64,000 nucleotides of DNA from Bdellovibrionales bacterium (lineage in GTDB: Bacteria > Bdellovibrionota > Bdellovibrionia > Bdellovibrionales > UBA1609): positions 64,001 to 128,000 of the forward strand of contig DAHVQG010000005.1 in the NCBI GenBank assembly GCA_027317865.1, read 5' to 3'. The translations under genes and the position numbers were made by a program. Below, piece by piece: positions 60,866 to 64,000 of this stretch (the first letter of the stretch is position 1; every line of letters starts with the position of its first letter). Under the pieces are notes generated by a model. The model worked only from the letters and a program-made list of their open reading frames with translations. It did not search any database and was not told where the DNA came from.

Positions 60866-61686
60866 AGAAATTCCCCCCTCGACAGTTCACCGGTTGGTAG
60901 GCGTGGTTCGGCCTGTTCACTATCGGGCGAATTGGCTCGTTTGAAAAAATAGTTCACAAATGAGTAATAAAGAGACTGTTCAATGGTGCCCTGAAGGGCA
61001 TCGAGGTGTTGAATGAGTGTTTTTGAGTCGCCTCTTTGTAAAGGGCCAGTAAGAACCGACTTCATCTGGTTTGCTTTTAATTCTAGAGCCAAGTTCTCAC
61101 ACGTGCGCTCGAGGTATGGCAAAAGCACTGAGCGCGGCAAACCGAGTTCGTGGTCAAATTTTCGAAAAGCGGTCTCCCAGAGAAGAGTAGTAAAATTGCC
61201 GGCCATCGTGCACAGCGCGTGGTAGTACGCCTTTTTTTCGGGCGCTAAAAAATAACAGGGGTTGGGCAGTCCTGGCAAAAGCTCGTCAAAAGAACGAGCT
61301 TCAACACCCGGTCGTGCGGTCTCGCATACAAAGGGAATTTTTTTGTAAAAATCAAAATCATATAAGTCGTGCCCAAAGGTCATAAGCGGATGCACGCCGA
61401 ATATTTTAGGGTGATTCAAGGCTCCTGAAAAATGAAGCGTCTTATCACGAGGCAAAAAAGGATGAGACTCAAAAAATTCAGAAATTGCGGAGTCACTGAT
61501 CAGGAGCAGAATTCGATCGGCTTCGTTGGCGAGAGTTTCGAGCTCAGCGTCGCCCGTAACCACGGCGCGAAAATCATCGCGTTGATGTCTAGCCCAAACT
61601 CGGTGAGGAATGCAAAGAAGTGAGAAATAATGATCAAAATGTTTCGCGCATCGGCCGTTACCGATGATGAGGTAATTTATCGCCAT
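60862..61686 (-). CDS. panG: Rossmann-like/DUF2520 protein, putative PanG ketopantoate reductase
   Basis: IIGNGR, HFSGA, HPLMTF, YHA and LTGPLQRGD motifs; first gene of the pan operon. Confidence 0.75.
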   Translation of the reverse strand: MAINYLIIGNGRCAKHFDHYFSLLCIPHRVWARHQRDDFRAVVTGDAELETLANEADRILLLISDSAISEFFESHPFLPRDKTLHFSGALNHPKIFGVHPLMTFGHDLYDFDFYKKIPFVCETARPGVEARSFDELLPGLPNPCYFLAPEKKAYYHALCTMAGNFTTLLWETAFRKFDHELGLPRSVLLPYLERTCENLALELKANQMKSVLTGPLQRGDSKTLIQHLDALQGTIEQSLYYSFVNYFFKRANSPDSEQAEPRLPTGELSRGEFL

Positions 61687-61689
61687 TTT

Positions 61690-61724
61690 GGTACCTGTCC
61701 AATTCTGTTTTGTGGATCAAGTCC
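61690..61724 (-). promoter_or_regulatory. pan-motif-like leader hairpin with two bulged A's
   Basis: GG-ACTTG-(A)-TCCA / TGGA-CAGGT-(A)-CC hairpin ending 3 nt before the ATG. Confidence 0.6.
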
Positions 61725-61736
61725 TATTAGGAGATG

Positions 61737-61765
61737 AAGCTAACACGGTTGAACTGGTCGGGCAA
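61737..61765 (-). promoter_or_regulatory. Putative sigma-70 promoter of the pan operon
   Basis: TTGCCC-N17-TAGCTT with an extended TG. Confidence 0.45.
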
Positions 61766-61815
61766 CGGCATTGTTTTATGAGCTGGACAGCGCGCAAATC
61801 TTTCGCTAAAGCCGC

Positions 61816-62724
61816 GTGAGAGGTTTAAATTCTATGAGTTCGACTCCGCGTAAACTGACAACATTTGAGCGTGTTTTTCTGTCGTCTTTGGCCGGCGTTT
61901 GCGTACTGTTTACCATCGTTGGCATCCTAAATTTCTTTCGAGGAGTTTCGACGCTGCCGATGCTTAAACCGATTATGGAGTTGACTCATTTCGACGAGCC
62001 CGAACAAATCGGCGCCGTTTTATATCGCCGGTTTTATGTCGAAGTCGGATCTCATCCTGTGATTGTATTCGGTGGGGAAAACAAAACAAGCGCGCGCGTG
62101 TGGAGGGGCTTTCAAGAAGTCGCCTCCCGCGAGTTTAAAATTCACTTTCAAAATGTTTCAGAAAAAGATCTCGACAGGCTGAAAGTTGAGACAAAAACGG
62201 GTAACTCGCGCAAACGTATTATAGTCGTAAGCTCACCTGACAAAATAAAAGAATTTCAAAAGCGTTTGCCACACGCGCTCTTGTTTTTCGAAATGCCGTT
62301 GCCGCTGACCCGGGCCGAACTTACGCAAACAAGATTAAGGTGCCCCGATTCGCAATTTGCCTGTTGGGAATTTGCGGCCGGGGATTCAAAGCGCTTTCGA
62401 TTTTTCTCTCGCGACTCAAAAAAGGTTAGCCGCACGAAATGGGCTGCGGTCATAATGCAGCTTGCAAGTGATCCGAATACAATTCTTGTTTTTGTTCATA
62501 ACCCGACTTCAGGCAAACAAAAAGTCGCGCGACTTGGTGGTTCGCCTTCACACCATCTCGTGGGGGAGCGGGCGTTTCATGGAGCGGTAATAAGTACGCG
62601 GCGACATTTTCAAAAGGTGGCTGAGGCGCGCGGTGTAAATGCAAGCAAAACGCTCCACTTGGTAAGCGAAATAACTTTCTTCAATGCCCGTACGCATAAT
62701 CTCGCCCCACTGAGGATTAAATAA
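61816..62724 (+). CDS. Membrane-anchored hypothetical protein
   Basis: N-terminal TM segment; the last ~59 codons overlap the convergent gene, so the 3' end is uncertain. Confidence 0.55.
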   Translation: MRGLNSMSSTPRKLTTFERVFLSSLAGVCVLFTIVGILNFFRGVSTLPMLKPIMELTHFDEPEQIGAVLYRRFYVEVGSHPVIVFGGENKTSARVWRGFQEVASREFKIHFQNVSEKDLDRLKVETKTGNSRKRIIVVSSPDKIKEFQKRLPHALLFFEMPLPLTRAELTQTRLRCPDSQFACWEFAAGDSKRFRFFSRDSKKVSRTKWAAVIMQLASDPNTILVFVHNPTSGKQKVARLGGSPSHHLVGERAFHGAVISTRRHFQKVAEARGVNASKTLHLVSEITFFNARTHNLAPLRIK

Positions 62725-63942
62725 GTTCTGTTGCTTTTTAATCAGCGGCGAGATTTTTTTATCTAGATCCATCGCCTTTTTTATTAGGGCGTTAATTTTC
62801 TTTTCGTCGGCACTTCGCCCTGACTCAATCTTTTTTGAAATGAGTTGGTCGATCTCGGATTCAAGCGGAATTTTTTTAGCCATAAGGTCGCTAATTTGTT
62901 GTGCATACGGTTCGGCGCGTTTAATACTTTTGATTTCGTGATCGAGTTCTTCGACCACAAGAGCTGTCCTCCACGCGCAGTCCTTTTTAATTCGTACCAC
63001 ATCGCCATAGATATGATCGCCAATGTAAAGTACCTCGTCTGGTTCAAGACCAAGTTCTTCGGTAAAGCGATTGGCGTTGCCGCTTTCATAGATCCCGGGG
63101 CTTAAAACTTCATCGTCGTGAACTGCAGCAGCAACTTTGCCGGTTTTCGTGTCGATGCGCAAAAACGGATTATCTTCAAAAAAGAAATTAGGTTTGTTGG
63201 CGCGAACGATCACATACGAAAAGAGATCCTGCCAGCCGCCGGAATGTTTTGTATAGGGAGTGATCGCATAATCGAGAAGTAGTTTTGCGTAATTATAATC
63301 GGAATTTGTGATAATAAAAAACTTTTTGTTGTGCTTCATGTATCGTTCAATGCCGTCTACAACCTCGCGGTCTTTTATGATGTACTGATCAAGATTCTCG
63401 CGCACTTGGTTTTTGAGACTTCCGTCGCGATGAGCTTCGTCGAGAACGGCATTTAAATCTTCGGCTAGAGTCGTAAAATCGGGGATTGTGCTTTTGCATT
63501 CGCCTTCTTTAAGGTCGACAAGTTGAGCAAACAGAGTCGCAAACGATATTGAAAACGTGGTGTCAATCTTGTCGTAGTGCCGGTCTTTAATGTCGATATA
63601 AGTACTTTTATAAATCCGATTTTGTTTAGAGAAATCGATCATCTCCGTCCCGTGGGCGCTGAGGCGAATGGCGGTGTGACGCGACAGCTTGAGCACGTTA
63701 CCTTTGGCTTTGTCGATCACAAGGCCGCGGATGGCTCCTTTGAAATTAAATTTGAGATTTAAAATCGCATTCGGGTAGCCTTTATTAGTAACGAGCTTTT
63801 CGCACATTATGCGATGGGCGAGAGCTTCAAAGTTTTCCGCTTTATAGCGCACAAGGGTGAGGTCCATATCGAGGCCGATATGATTGATGCGTTTCATGTT
63901 CAGAGTGCGATTACAAAACACGGGTTGCATTTGTGATTTCAT
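62548..63942 (-). CDS. HAD-IG family (cN-II-like) 5'-nucleotidase
   Basis: GLDMDLTL, IRGLV.D, ITNS, KP.FF and GDHIYGD motifs. Start uncertain; the ORF extends to 63987. Confidence 0.92.
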   Translation of the reverse strand: MKSQMQPVFCNRTLNMKRINHIGLDMDLTLVRYKAENFEALAHRIMCEKLVTNKGYPNAILNLKFNFKGAIRGLVIDKAKGNVLKLSRHTAIRLSAHGTEMIDFSKQNRIYKSTYIDIKDRHYDKIDTTFSISFATLFAQLVDLKEGECKSTIPDFTTLAEDLNAVLDEAHRDGSLKNQVRENLDQYIIKDREVVDGIERYMKHNKKFFIITNSDYNYAKLLLDYAITPYTKHSGGWQDLFSYVIVRANKPNFFFEDNPFLRIDTKTGKVAAAVHDDEVLSPGIYESGNANRFTEELGLEPDEVLYIGDHIYGDVVRIKKDCAWRTALVVEELDHEIKSIKRAEPYAQQISDLMAKKIPLESEIDQLISKKIESGRSADEKKINALIKKAMDLDKKISPLIKKQQNLFNPQWGEIMRTGIEESYFAYQVERFACIYTARLSHLLKMSPRTYYRSMKRPLPHEMV

Positions 63943-64000
63943 ATGACGGGAGTTCACTTTGTTACCGGCAAATTGCACTTGTTCCATTCGAGCATTCCGC

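Noticed and set aside
61695-61790. Long-range CTGTCCA/TGGACAG pairing as a riboswitch alternative structure
   Set aside because: The distal arm lies upstream of the predicted promoter and is probably not transcribed.
1-64000. CRISPR arrays, retrons, DGRs, toxin-antitoxin or defence systems, prophage
   Set aside because: No spaced repeats, reverse transcriptase, Cas, nuclease or phage genes were recognised. The many short antisense ORFs are shadows of real genes.

Overview
Ordinary-looking core chromosomal window, most likely from a Bdellovibrionota bacterium. This is inferred from mglA with the GPSLGGKT P-loop directly after dnaX-ybaB-recR with no mglB, and from a TIGR02147-family gene. It carries three housekeeping RNAs (tRNA-Val(UAC), 4.5S SRP RNA, RNase P RNA), envelope glycosyltransferases, nadA, srkA and a divergent membrane pyrophosphatase. 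Scavenging and catabolic genes include PtrB, POT and APC transporters, deoC with two ALDH genes, liuBCDE and a cN-II nucleotidase. There are also an orphan NtrC-type activator, two tripartite efflux systems, an atypical class A PBP with a secreted partner, and a panG-panB-panC-coaBC-coaX-panD operon. No CRISPR array, integrase, transposase or prophage is visible. The most notable unannotated signals are: (1) a ~90-nt sRNA-like element at 31057-31147 with four exposed C-tracts, resembling Pxr, near an NtrC gene, together with several G-run ribosome-binding sites it could pair with; (2) a pan-motif-like hairpin over the pan operon RBS; (3) a split ALDH16-like pair; (4) the aPBP-partner pair. All calls come from reading the sequence; no searches were run.
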